Of a stretch of 64,000 bases of DNA, positions 1 through 8,538 are shown piece after piece. The notes below the pieces were generated by a model. The model made no database searches. It worked only from the letters and a program-made list of their open reading frames with translations, and was not told the DNA's origin. The stretch is from Candidatus Aminicenantes bacterium. Its GTDB lineage: Bacteria > Acidobacteriota > Aminicenantia > Aminicenantales > Saccharicenantaceae. The stretch lies in assembly GCA_963742235.1 (NCBI GenBank), contig CAVULT010000026.1, positions 277,083-341,082 on the forward strand. Reading direction: 5' to 3'. The number at the start of each line of letters is the position of its first letter. Within the stretch, counting starts at the first letter, position 1. Made by a program: the position numbers and the translations under genes.

Positions 1-1991
1 AAGAGCTGGACGACGAACTTCTCCTCGCGAAAGCCGAAATGCTCGTGGAGGACGATCGTCCGCCGCTCCGTCCCGAACGATGCGGGCGTCTCCGCATAGG
101 ATGGATTTCCGGCCGATACGGCGATCCGGCTTCCTTCGGGCGCGCCCGGGGCCTCGAACGTCACCAGCTCCCCGTCGGCCTCGACGCGAAGAAGCTCGGG
201 CAGGACGGCCAGGCAATCGACATTCCCTTCCAGGCGCGTCCCGAGCCGGGCGGCGTCGAAAGCGGCGACGTCGACGGGGGCATAGCTCTTCCCGTCCCGC
301 GCGACGGGCTCGAGCTCCTCGTGGTTCCAGAGACTGACCAGGTGCGAGCCTTTCGGGACGTCGACTTCGACGAGCGGGCCTTTGTATCCTTCGGGGCGCA
401 GGCTGAACACCGTGTAAACGGTCTTGCCTCCATCCCGCCAGCGGTTGGCCCAGAGGCCGTCCTCGAGGGTCGGAACAAGCGGCTCCCAAGCCGGGTCGAG
501 GAAGGCCGTCGAATTCTCGCGAAGGAGCCTGGTCGTGCGGCCGAGGTAGCGGAGCTCCTCTTCGATCCAGCCGGGCCGGCCCGGCCGCATGGTGTTGATC
601 TCGGAGCCGTAGCCGTTGAAGAAGGAGACGGCCGATTCCCGGTGGAGCGGCCCCTCGGCCAGCTGCAGGACCCGGAAGATGGCGAAATCGGGCTTCATGT
701 ACTTGTTCAGGTTGAGGGGCGGCGGCATGGTGAGCGCGTCATGGACGCGGCCGGAGACGATGCCGGGCATGTCCCGGGGCACGGCCATGCCCTCGCTGTA
801 CATGATGATGCCCGGCTTGACCCGGTCGGCGGCCGCCTGGAACTCGCGGCTCGACTCGCCGCGGGTGTCGAGCACGACGCCGTCGGCGTCGAGGGTCCGG
901 AGCATGGCCTCCATACCGGCGATGTGGTCCTCGTGCCGGGTGCTCTCGTCCCAGGGATTGTAGGAGATGAAATACTTCTTGCCGAGACGATGGGTCAGGT
1001 CGACCTGGCGGCGGAGCTCGTCCAGCCCTCCGGGCAGGTCCCGATACATGTCCCACTGGTTCCGGGCGTCGAGCCCGAGACGGGGCCAGGTCGGCCAGAT
1101 CGTATAGATGTCGATGGGGCCGAGGAGCTTGTCCCAGGCGGTGAGCGTCCGATCGAAGGCGTAGCGGCCGGCCTCGCGGTCGTAATACGTCTTGTCCCAG
1201 GCGAACTGGAGGACCATGAGATAGGCCCGGCGGACCCAGGCCAGATCGGCTCGCTCGAACAGCGCGTCGTCGAATTTCTCGAGGTCGTAGAGGAAGCGCT
1301 CGCGGAACATGATCTCGAGCCCGCGTCGCCAGCCGCCGGGGTGGGCTTCGAAATAGAGGGCATATTCGACCGATCCGCCGGGCTCCAGGGTCGAGGCCCA
1401 GCGCGTCCGCTCGGCCTTGTCGGTCTTGACCCGCCGGGCGATCGCGGTCAATGAGCGTCCGCCGCCGGTCTCGACGGTCGCGAAGCCGAGATGCCAGGCG
1501 TTATCCGGGAGGACCACTCCGACCGGACGAAGGCCGGGCCGGAAGAGCTGGCTCCGGTCGAGCTCGTGCGGCGGGGCGTTGGGCAGCCCGGCCGTGATGT
1601 ACGTCCGGTCCGGGCCCTGGCCGAGCGGAACGAGATTCTCGAGCGTGATCTTGGCCTTTGAATCGTTCCGGAAGAGAAGGGTCAGCTTCGCGCCGGGCTT
1701 GAACCCTTCCTCGGCCGCGACCGTGAAAACGAGCCCGGCCGGCAAAGCCGCCGAGGTCGTGAGCCGGCCGTCGACGAGGAGCGAGAAGAGCGGCAAAGGC
1801 GCGGCGAGGGCGGTCTGCGATCCGTCGCTGAACGTCATCGCCGAGACGGCCGTCCCGGCGCCGCGCGGCCCGGACAACGTGACCGACCGGAGCCCGTTAA
1901 TCGCCGCCGGCGCCTCGGAAGGGGCTTGGGCCCGGGCGGAGACAGCCGAGATGAGGATGAGGACGCAAAGGCTTCGGCGCGTCGGGATCAT
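1..1991 (-). CDS. Secreted hypothetical protein (possibly glycosidase-like); C-terminus cut by the window edge
   Basis: Absent from the ORF track because no stop lies inside the window. My reverse-strand translation from ATG (1991-1989) reads MIPTRRSLCVLILISAVSARAQAPSEAP... (signal peptide). It stays open with normal composition down to position 1, e.g. KKYFISYNPWDESTRHEDHIAGMEAMLRTLDADGVVLDTRGE and NGYGSEINTMRPGRPGWIEEELRYLG. The 471-aa plus-strand ORF 39..1454 is its R/G/P/E-rich antisense shadow. Confidence 0.75.
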   Translation of the reverse strand, partial: MIPTRRSLCVLILISAVSARAQAPSEAPAAINGLRSVTLSGPRGAGTAVSAMTFSDGSQTALAAPLPLFSLLVDGRLTTSAALPAGLVFTVAAEEGFKPGAKLTLLFRNDSKAKITLENLVPLGQGPDRTYITAGLPNAPPHELDRSQLFRPGLRPVGVVLPDNAWHLGFATVETGGGRSLTAIARRVKTDKAERTRWASTLEPGGSVEYALYFEAHPGGWRRGLEIMFRERFLYDLEKFDDALFERADLAWVRRAYLMVLQFAWDKTYYDREAGRYAFDRTLTAWDKLLGPIDIYTIWPTWPRLGLDARNQWDMYRDLPGGLDELRRQVDLTHRLGKKYFISYNPWDESTRHEDHIAGMEAMLRTLDADGVVLDTRGESSREFQAAADRVKPGIIMYSEGMAVPRDMPGIVSGRVHDALTMPPPLNLNKYMKPDFAIFRVLQLAEGPLHRESAVSFFNGYGSEINTMRPGRPGWIEEELRYLGRTTRLLRENSTAFLDPAWEPLVPTLEDGLWANRWRDGGKTVYTVFSLRPEGYKGPLVEVDVPKGSHLVSLWNHEELEPVARDGKSYAPVDVAAFDAARLGTRLEGNVDCLAVLPELLRVEADGELVTFEAPGAPEGSRIAVSAGNPSYAETPASFGTERRTIVLHEHFGFREEKFVVQL

Positions 1992-2012
1992 GCTCGGCCT
2001 CCTCTGCGGGGC

Positions 2013-2041
2013 ATGATATCCCCCGAGTCAGGCCCGGTCAA
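2013..2041 (-). promoter_or_regulatory. sigma70-like promoter for gene 1..1991
   Basis: Minus strand: TTGACC-N17-TATCAT, with the -10 ending about 22 nt upstream of ATG 1991. Confidence 0.5.
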
Positions 2042-2057
2042 GAGCGGCCAGCCGGTC

Positions 2058-3686
2058 TCAGCGCTTCGACGTTCGCGACGGCCGCAGGTCCAGGTCCTGG
2101 AAGTCGTAGCTGAAGTCGGTCTCGGGCGAGACGGCCTCCATCCTGGCCCGCTCGATCGAGCCGTCCGGCCGGAGGGCGAAGGTCACGTAGGCGTCGGCCC
2201 GGAGCTCGCGGTCGCGCCAACGGACGATGAAGGTGTCGTACTGCCAGTGCTCCATCTCGCCGACGAGCGCGGGCGTTTTGGTGAAGCGCATGACCAGGCG
2301 CCCGCCGGTCTCTTCGATGACGACGTCGCCGTACCAGGCGTCGGTGTAAGTGCCGGCATATTTCGCCGGCGGCAGAGAGGGCTTGGACGACGCGTCGCGG
2401 GCGGCCGCGGACGAGCCGAGCGTCTTGGCCGTCTCCGCCTCGGACCGGGCCTGGAGCTTGAGATAGGCCGCGGTCCAATCCGTCGCGGGGGCGCCGAGGT
2501 CCTGATCCACGATCGTCCAGGTGAGGGCGGAGAAGGCCGCCGTGGACTCGGCGTTCGTCAGGACGGCGATGCCCAGGTTCCGCTCCGGGAGGAGGGTCAC
2601 GATCGAAACGTAGCCGGGCAGTCCGCCCGTGTGCGTGAGGACTCGCTGGCCGCGGTAATCGTGGACTCCGACGCCCAGGGCGTAGGCGGAGAAGTTGGAT
2701 TTCAGAGGGGCCAGCTCGGCCGGCGGCGCCGGGTTGGGCACGATGGTCACCGGGGTCTCGATCTGGCGGGCGGTCCGCTCCGAATAGAGGGCCGTCCCGT
2801 CCGCGAGCTTGCCCCGGTTGAGGCGAACCAGCATCCACTTGGCCATGTCCTCGGCTCCGGAATTGATGCCGCCGGCCGGATTGGTGTTGTCGCTCGTGAA
2901 GGGGGTGATGGGCCTGACGACCCCTTCGACCCTGGCGTGCGGCGTCGCGACGTTGCCGCCCTCGGCCGCCGCCGAGTGGCGGACGTTGCTCCCCGTCATG
3001 CCGACTTTCTTCAGGATGCGCTCGCCGACGAAATCCTCCCACGTCCGGCCGCTCAACGCCTGGATGACCTCGCCGGCGACGAGGTAGAGGACGTTATCGT
3101 AGGCGTAGGCGCTGCGGAACGAGGTCTCGAGCTTGATAGACCGCAGGCGACGGGCGATCTCCTCCCGGTGATACGTGGACTCCGGCCACCAGAGCAGGTC
3201 GCCCGCTCCGAGCCCGAGACCGCTGCGGTGGACGAGGAGATCGCGGACGCTCAGCTCGCGGGTGACATAGGGGTCGGACATCATGAACCACGGCAGGTAA
3301 TCGACGACGCGCGCGTCCCAGGCGAGCTTGCCTTCCTCGACGAGAAGGCCGAGGGCCGTCGCGGTGAAGACCTTGGTGTTCGAGGCGATGCCGAAGAGGG
3401 TCCGGGCATCGACCGGGGCCGGGTCGCCGAGCTTCCGGACGCCGTAGCCCTTGGCCAGGACGACGCGGCCGTCCTTGACGATAGCCAGGGCCAGGCCGGG
3501 CACTTCGAAGGATTTCATGATCCGGTCGACGGCGGCGTCGATCCCGGGCGGGACGCCGGGCGCGGTCCGCTGTGGGGCGGCCGCGGCCGAGGGGCCGGTC
3601 CACGAAACAGGCGGCATGGCTAGGACAAACGTCAGAACGATAAAGGCGGCCGTGGTGGCGAGGAGATGACGGCGGCATGGGGACAT
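2058..3686 (-). CDS. Secreted serine hydrolase, beta-lactamase/esterase (class C-like) family
   Basis: 542-aa ORF with a hydrophobic N-terminus. S-x-x-K nucleophile motif in FGIASNTKVFTA, preceded by VPGLALAIVKDGRVVLAKGYG, then LLVHRSGL. GGAGG Shine-Dalgarno just upstream of ATG 3686. Confidence 0.88.
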   Translation of the reverse strand: MSPCRRHLLATTAAFIVLTFVLAMPPVSWTGPSAAAAPQRTAPGVPPGIDAAVDRIMKSFEVPGLALAIVKDGRVVLAKGYGVRKLGDPAPVDARTLFGIASNTKVFTATALGLLVEEGKLAWDARVVDYLPWFMMSDPYVTRELSVRDLLVHRSGLGLGAGDLLWWPESTYHREEIARRLRSIKLETSFRSAYAYDNVLYLVAGEVIQALSGRTWEDFVGERILKKVGMTGSNVRHSAAAEGGNVATPHARVEGVVRPITPFTSDNTNPAGGINSGAEDMAKWMLVRLNRGKLADGTALYSERTARQIETPVTIVPNPAPPAELAPLKSNFSAYALGVGVHDYRGQRVLTHTGGLPGYVSIVTLLPERNLGIAVLTNAESTAAFSALTWTIVDQDLGAPATDWTAAYLKLQARSEAETAKTLGSSAAARDASSKPSLPPAKYAGTYTDAWYGDVVIEETGGRLVMRFTKTPALVGEMEHWQYDTFIVRWRDRELRADAYVTFALRPDGSIERARMEAVSPETDFSYDFQDLDLRPSRTSKR

Positions 3687-3716
3687 GGAGGACCTCCTTC
3701 AGAGCGGCGTGCGGAC

Positions 3717-3746
3717 ATCATATCGCCGCCTGAACGAGGAGGTCAA
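3717..3746 (-). promoter_or_regulatory. sigma70-like promoter for the serine hydrolase gene
   Basis: Minus strand: TTGACC-N18-TATGAT. The GGAGG SD and ATG 3686 lie downstream. Confidence 0.5.
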
Positions 3747-3777
3747 GGAGCCCTGGTACGAAAAGGGAGCGGCGGGC

Positions 3778-4164
3778 TCACATCCCGGGGGCATTCCCCT
3801 TTCGGAATTCGATGAGCTCCACGGGGGCGCCGTCGTCAACGATCATGGCCACCCGGACGCCCTCGGACGGCGAGCTGATCTCGCTCGTGGCGCCGAGGGC
3901 GGCCAGGGCCGCCTCGAGGTCGTCAACCTCGAAGGCGATGTGAGGCACTGTCCGAACAAGCTCGGAGATCCCGCAGTCCGGCTCGAAGCGCATCCATTCG
4001 ATGCCGAAGGGGCTCGTCTCGAACCCCGAGACGTGGATCTTGAGATGGGGCAGATAGACCTCGCCCGGATGGGGCGCGGTGGTCGGAATGCCGAGGTGAT
4101 GGTAGCGCCATCCCCGCTCGGCGATGGCGGGCGGCGGTTCGTGACTCTGACGGTCCGGGCGCAT
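3778..4164 (-). CDS. VOC (glyoxalase/bleomycin-resistance/dioxygenase fold) family protein
   Basis: C-terminal 128 aa of the 194-aa track ORF. Start moved to ATG 4164 (GAGAGGAG upstream); the first 66 aa of the track ORF are P/A/R-rich filler. YHHLGIPT...HIAFEVDDLEAALAAL...VAMIVDDGAPVELIEF is VOC-like. Confidence 0.7.
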   Translation of the reverse strand: MRPDRQSHEPPPAIAERGWRYHHLGIPTTAPHPGEVYLPHLKIHVSGFETSPFGIEWMRFEPDCGISELVRTVPHIAFEVDDLEAALAALGATSEISSPSEGVRVAMIVDDGAPVELIEFRKGNAPGM

Positions 4165-4188
4165 GGGCGTATCTCCTCTCGCGTTTTG

Positions 4189-4218
4189 ATGATAGCGCCG
4201 GCGGCGAGCCCCGGTCAA
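4189..4218 (-). promoter_or_regulatory. sigma70-like promoter for the VOC gene
   Basis: Minus strand: TTGACC-N18-TATCAT, about 25 nt upstream of ATG 4164. Confidence 0.5.
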
Positions 4219-4228
4219 GGCGGTCTTG

Positions 4229-4257
4229 TTGACGCGTCCCGGGAAAGCCTCTAGACT
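4229..4257 (+). promoter_or_regulatory. sigma70-like promoter for the Moco oxidoreductase gene
   Basis: TTGACG-N17-TAGACT, 44 nt upstream of ATG 4301. Back-to-back with the divergent VOC promoter. Confidence 0.45.
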
Positions 4258-4300
4258 GGACGTGTCGGCACATACAGGCGGAAGAGCCGGGGGATAAACG

Positions 4301-5914
4301 ATGAAAAAGCTGAGCACGGCGTCAGCGGGCGCGCTCGGACTTCTGGTCGGCGGCGCGGCCATCGCAGTAACGTATCTCGGGCATCGTCTGGCGGGGCTGC
4401 CCTATCTTCCCTTTGATATCTTCGATTGGATGGCCCGCGCCCTTCCGGGAGGTTTGATCGCCCACACGATCGACGCCATGGTCGGCGTCATCCGCGGCCT
4501 CCGTCTGGGTCCCACGGCATCCACGGCCAAGCTGGCCGAGCAGGGCCTGGCCCTGGCCCAGTTCGCCGGGACTTGGTTCGTCTTCGGCATCGTCCTGGCC
4601 GCCGCGGGAAAACGCCGGCCCGAGCGGCAGACCCTCTACGGGTCGCTCGGGGGAGTCCTCCTCTTTGCCTCGTCGGCCGGGATCGAGTGGGCCGGCGGTT
4701 TCAAGACATCGGGGCCGCTGGCCGCTTTGCCTTGGCTGGCGCTGGTCCTCATCGGCGGCGGCGCCCTGCTCGGCCGGGCTCTGACCGCGGCCTTCGCCTC
4801 CCCCGACACGTCGCCCGAGGACACGATCGCGAGGCGGAAGTTCCTCCGGCTGGTCGGGACCGGATCCTTCGTGGTGATGGTCACCGCGGCCGGCGTGAGC
4901 GTCGTGTCCGGAAAGGACAAGAAGCCCTCGGAGGATGTCGACCAGGAAGAGATCATCCGGGCGGCGGGAACGTCGGGCCCGGCGGCCTCTCCCCCGCCCT
5001 TCCAGCTCGAAAAGAGGTTCCCGCCCGTTCCCGGCACGCGGGCCGAGCTGACCAAGAACCGCGATTTCTACCGGATCGACATCGATCTCAAGCCCCCCGT
5101 GGTCGACGGAAAGAAGTGGCGGCTGAAGATCGAGGGGCTGGTCGAACATCCTCAGGCGCTGTCCCTCGACGACATCCTGACGAAGCCCCGGCAGACGCAG
5201 GCCCTGACGCTATCCTGCATCTCCAATCCCGTGGGCGGGGACCTGATCAGCACGAGCTTCTGGACCGGCACCCCCTTCAAGGGGATCCTGGACGAGGCGG
5301 GCTTGAAGAAGGACGTCCGGGAGATCACCATCGAGTCGGCCGACGGCTTCTACGAGAGCGTGCCCCTGAGCGAGGCGATGGACGCCCGGACCCTCCTCGT
5401 CTACGAGATGAACGGCGAGCCCCTGACCGCCGACCACGGCTATCCCCTGCGGATCTTCATCCCCGGCCATTTCGGGATGAAACAGCCCAAGTGGATCGTC
5501 CGGATGGAGGCCATCGACCGCAAGGGCCACGGCTTCTGGGTCGACCGGAATTGGAGCGATACGGCCTTCGTCAAGACGACCTCGGTCATCGACATCGTTT
5601 CGACGGGCAAGCCGGGTTCGGCCTCCGGCGTCGTCCCGGTGGGCGGGATCGCCTACGCGGGAGACAAGGGGATCAGCTTGGTGGAAGTGAAAGCCGACAA
5701 CGGCCCTTGGGAGAAGGCCGAGCTTCGCCTGCCGGCCCTGAGCCCCTTGACCTGGATCCAGTGGAGGTACGGCTGGAAGGCGACCCCGGGGAAGCATGTC
5801 CTTCGCGTCCGAGCCTACGACGGGTCCGGCGCGCTCCAGGTCACCGAGGACAATCCCCCCTCCCCCGACGGAGCCACGGGGATCCAGGCCAAATCCGCCA
5901 ACGTCGGCCGGTGA
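4301..5914 (+). CDS. Molybdopterin-dependent oxidoreductase (sulfite oxidase/YedY superfamily) with an N-terminal multi-helix membrane domain
   Basis: 537 aa. About 200 aa of hydrophobic helices are followed by a Moco domain with motifs TLSCISNPVGG, FYESVPLSEA and LLVYEMNGEPLTADHGYPLRIFIPGHFGMKQPKWIVRMEA. Confidence 0.85.
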   Translation: MKKLSTASAGALGLLVGGAAIAVTYLGHRLAGLPYLPFDIFDWMARALPGGLIAHTIDAMVGVIRGLRLGPTASTAKLAEQGLALAQFAGTWFVFGIVLAAAGKRRPERQTLYGSLGGVLLFASSAGIEWAGGFKTSGPLAALPWLALVLIGGGALLGRALTAAFASPDTSPEDTIARRKFLRLVGTGSFVVMVTAAGVSVVSGKDKKPSEDVDQEEIIRAAGTSGPAASPPPFQLEKRFPPVPGTRAELTKNRDFYRIDIDLKPPVVDGKKWRLKIEGLVEHPQALSLDDILTKPRQTQALTLSCISNPVGGDLISTSFWTGTPFKGILDEAGLKKDVREITIESADGFYESVPLSEAMDARTLLVYEMNGEPLTADHGYPLRIFIPGHFGMKQPKWIVRMEAIDRKGHGFWVDRNWSDTAFVKTTSVIDIVSTGKPGSASGVVPVGGIAYAGDKGISLVEVKADNGPWEKAELRLPALSPLTWIQWRYGWKATPGKHVLRVRAYDGSGALQVTEDNPPSPDGATGIQAKSANVGR

Positions 5915-5923
5915 GGCCGGCCG

Positions 5924-7859
5924 TCATTCAAGGACCAGGACGCGGATCCTGGAACCCTGCGGACCGCCGCGGTAGATCCGCTCGACCGCTTTTTCGAAAT
6001 CGGACGCCTTCGCTTTGGGGATATCCAGGAACTTCTGGGGATTCCGGTCCGTGAGCGGGAACCAGGAGCTCTGGATCTGGACCATGATCCGGTGGCCGGC
6101 CCGGAAGGTGTGATAGACGTCCGGCATGGCGAACTCGATCGTCTCGACCCGGCCGGGCTCGAAAGGCACGGGCTTGTCCAGGCCCCTGCGGTATTTGCCC
6201 CGGAAGGGCTCGCCGCGGACGAGCTGCTGGTAGCCGGCCATCTGAGCCGAGCCGGGGTTCGGAACGGGATCCGGGTAATCGTTGGGATAGACGTCGATGA
6301 GCTTGATGTCGAAATCCGAATCCGTGCCCGAGGTGGAGACCCTGAGCGCCGGCCTGACCGGCCCGGCGATCACGACGTCGTGGTCGAGGGGCTCCGTCTC
6401 GTAGACCAGCACGTCCGGGCGGCGCGAGGCGAATCGCTGGTCCTCGGTCATGTAATCGCTTGGCATGCCGTCCCCGATGCCCCCGATGACGGGCACGGGC
6501 TTGGCCGGGTCGCTGACGTACTCGTCGAAGGCCTCTCCCCCGTCCGCGGCCGGTTCGAAAGCGAGCTTCCCGCCGGGACCGAGATAGAGGGCCTTCTCGC
6601 GCGCCTCCCGGGGAGGCCAGGTCTCGAACCGCCGCCACTCGTTCGTGCCCGTCGCGAACAGCCAGGCTCTTCGGGACGGCTCCCTCTTTCGATCCTTTCA
6701 GGCCGTCGCCGCGGCCCTTCAGGTGATAGAGGAAGAACGGCAGTTCGATCATCTCGCGGTAGAACGTCCCGGTTTTCGAGCCGAAGCTCAGGTTGCCGAG
6801 CCGGTCGCCGTCCATGCGCGCCCATCCCCCGTGGAGCCAGGGCCCCATGACCAGGGTGTTCGGGCCGAGCGGTCCGTTCTTTTCGAGCGACTGGAACAGC
6901 TTCAACGGCCCGGCCAGATCCTCCGCGTCGAACCAGCCGCCGACGAAGAGGACCGCCGGCTTGATATTCTTCATGTGCGGCACGAGCGAGCGGACCTGCC
7001 AGAATTCATCGTAGCTCGGATGGTCCAGATTGTAGTCCCAGTAGGGATTCCCGTTCTTGAAGTACTTCTCGTTCGCCGCCGCCAGCGGCCCCAGCCGCAG
7101 GAAGAAATCGTAGGCATCGGGCGTGCCGAAGTCGAAGCGGGAGAATCCGCCCGGGAGCTCCGGGCCGCCGGGACGCGGTCGGAAGAACGTGTAGAAGCCG
7201 AAGTTCGCGGCCAGGTAGAAGGCGCCGTTGTGGAAGGCGTCATCGCCGTTGCCAACATCCCCCATGGGCGCCTGCGGCGAGACGGCCTTGAGCGCCGGGT
7301 GGGCGTCGATCAAGGCGAACGCGGCGAAGAAGCCGCCGTAGGAGATGCCCCAGACGCCGACCTTGCCGTTATTGTCCGGCACGTGGCGGACGAGCCAGTC
7401 GACCGTGTCATAGGTGTCCGTGCTCTCGTCCGTGTCCGCGGGGCCGGAGAGCCGGGCTTTGTGAAACGGAACATCGACGAATTCCCCCTCGGACAGGTAG
7501 CGCCCGCGCACGTCCTGGTAGACGAAAATGAATCCTTCTTTTTCGAAGAGCTCCGAGGGACCAAGGACGGTCCGATAGTTATCGATGCCGTACGGACCGA
7601 CGGAATAGGGGGTCCGCTGCATCATGATGGGATAGGCCTGGCTCCGGTCCTTCGGCACATAGACCGTGGTGAACAGCTTGACCCCGTCCCGCATCGGGAT
7701 GCGATAGTCGAATTTGGTGTAGTGCGCCCGGGTGTAGGCGAGCTGCTTGAGGGCGAGGTCCGGATCGCCGCGGTCCTGAGCGACGGCCGGGGCGACGAAA
7801 AGGAGGCCCAGCGCGAGAACGAGGGCGACTCCGATCGGCAAGCGTGGCATTCTTTTCAT
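5924..7859 (-). pseudogene. CocE/NonD (S15 X-Pro dipeptidyl-peptidase-like) hydrolase interrupted by a single 1-nt frameshift near 6662-6700
   Basis: The N-terminal about 385 aa of ORF 5928..7859 are clean CocE/NonD: signal peptide, RTPYSVGPYG and the nucleophile motif VGVWGISYGGFFA. The translation turns to R/G/P junk after ...LKGSKEGAVPK. Another frame continues AWLFATGTNEWRRFETWPPREAREKALYLGPGGKLAFEPAADGGEAFDEYVSDPAKPVPVIGGIG..., running into ORF 5924..6496, which is the CocE/NonD C-terminal beta-sandwich domain. Confidence 0.8.
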
Positions 7860-7891
7860 GGTTTCCTCCCGCCATCCTCGTTCGAGCGGAT

Positions 7892-7908
7892 CATGATACC
7901 ACTTTTCG
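7892..7908 (-). promoter_or_regulatory. Extended -10 promoter candidate (copy 1 of an identical 17-mer) for the CocE/NonD gene
   Basis: Minus strand: CGAAAAGTGGTATCATG (TG-n-TATCAT). The -10 ends about 33 nt upstream of ATG 7859, with a GGGAGG SD in between. Confidence 0.45.
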
Positions 7909-7932
7909 CCCCCGTTCCCGGCCTGAGCAAGA

Positions 7933-8538
7933 TCAAGTAGGCTCGATCAGGGCCAGGCCGTAGGTCATCGGGATGCGGATATCGGTTCGGCCTTTGAACG
8001 TCGCGATCCTGGCCAGGCTTGTTTCACCCTGGCCTTTCACCTTCCGATAGAGCTCGTCGTAGTCGCCGAAAAGCTGGACGGTCTCGGACATCCGGGTCTT
8101 CTTCACCGGGAAGCGGCCGACCGCGGCCCAGCTCGCCGCCACCTTCTTCTCCTCGGCCGCGATGTAGGACCACTCGGAGCCGGGCCAATGGTCGAAGACG
8201 ACGACGGCCGGGGCCAGGCCGAGGGCACGCTCGACGGCCGCTCCGGGGTCGGCCATCTCGTGGAGGCAGAATTCGAACAAGACGACATCGGCCTTCAGAT
8301 CGGCCTTAAAGAAATCCCCCAGGACGGGCTCGAACTTGTCCTCGAGGCCGGCGATCTTCAGGCTCTCCCGAAGCTTCTCCAGGGCCTGAGCGTCACTGTC
8401 CAGGGCCAGGACCTTGCCCGCCGTCCGCCCGTACTCGATGAGCCGGCCCCCTCCGGCCCCGACGGAAAGGACAGCCTTATCCTTTAAATCGTAGAACTCC
8501 AGCAGATCCGCCACGATCTTTTTGTAATCGGCAGCCAT
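7933..8538 (-). CDS. Class I SAM-dependent methyltransferase
   Basis: 201 aa. SAM motif I VLSVGAGGGRL and acidic loop VLALDSD. Start ATG 8538 directly abuts the stop (8539-8541) of the upstream gene. Confidence 0.85.
   Translation of the reverse strand: MAADYKKIVADLLEFYDLKDKAVLSVGAGGGRLIEYGRTAGKVLALDSDAQALEKLRESLKIAGLEDKFEPVLGDFFKADLKADVVLFEFCLHEMADPGAAVERALGLAPAVVVFDHWPGSEWSYIAAEEKKVAASWAAVGRFPVKKTRMSETVQLFGDYDELYRKVKGQGETSLARIATFKGRTDIRIPMTYGLALIEPT

Noticed and set aside
39-1454. 471-aa plus-strand ORF at the left edge, together with other very long ORFs: 1926..3623(+), 13329..15839(-), 24133..26043(+), 26057..27487(+), 31528..33228(-), 39889..41514(+), 41795..43723(+), 45532..47328(-), 50561..52105(-), 53100..54854(+), 55951..57543(+) and 57572..58930(-).
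   Set aside because: Their translations are dominated by R/G/P/D/E/A runs with no recognisable motifs. Each lies antisense or off-frame to a gene with clear family signatures. These are typical shadow ORFs of GC-rich DNA.
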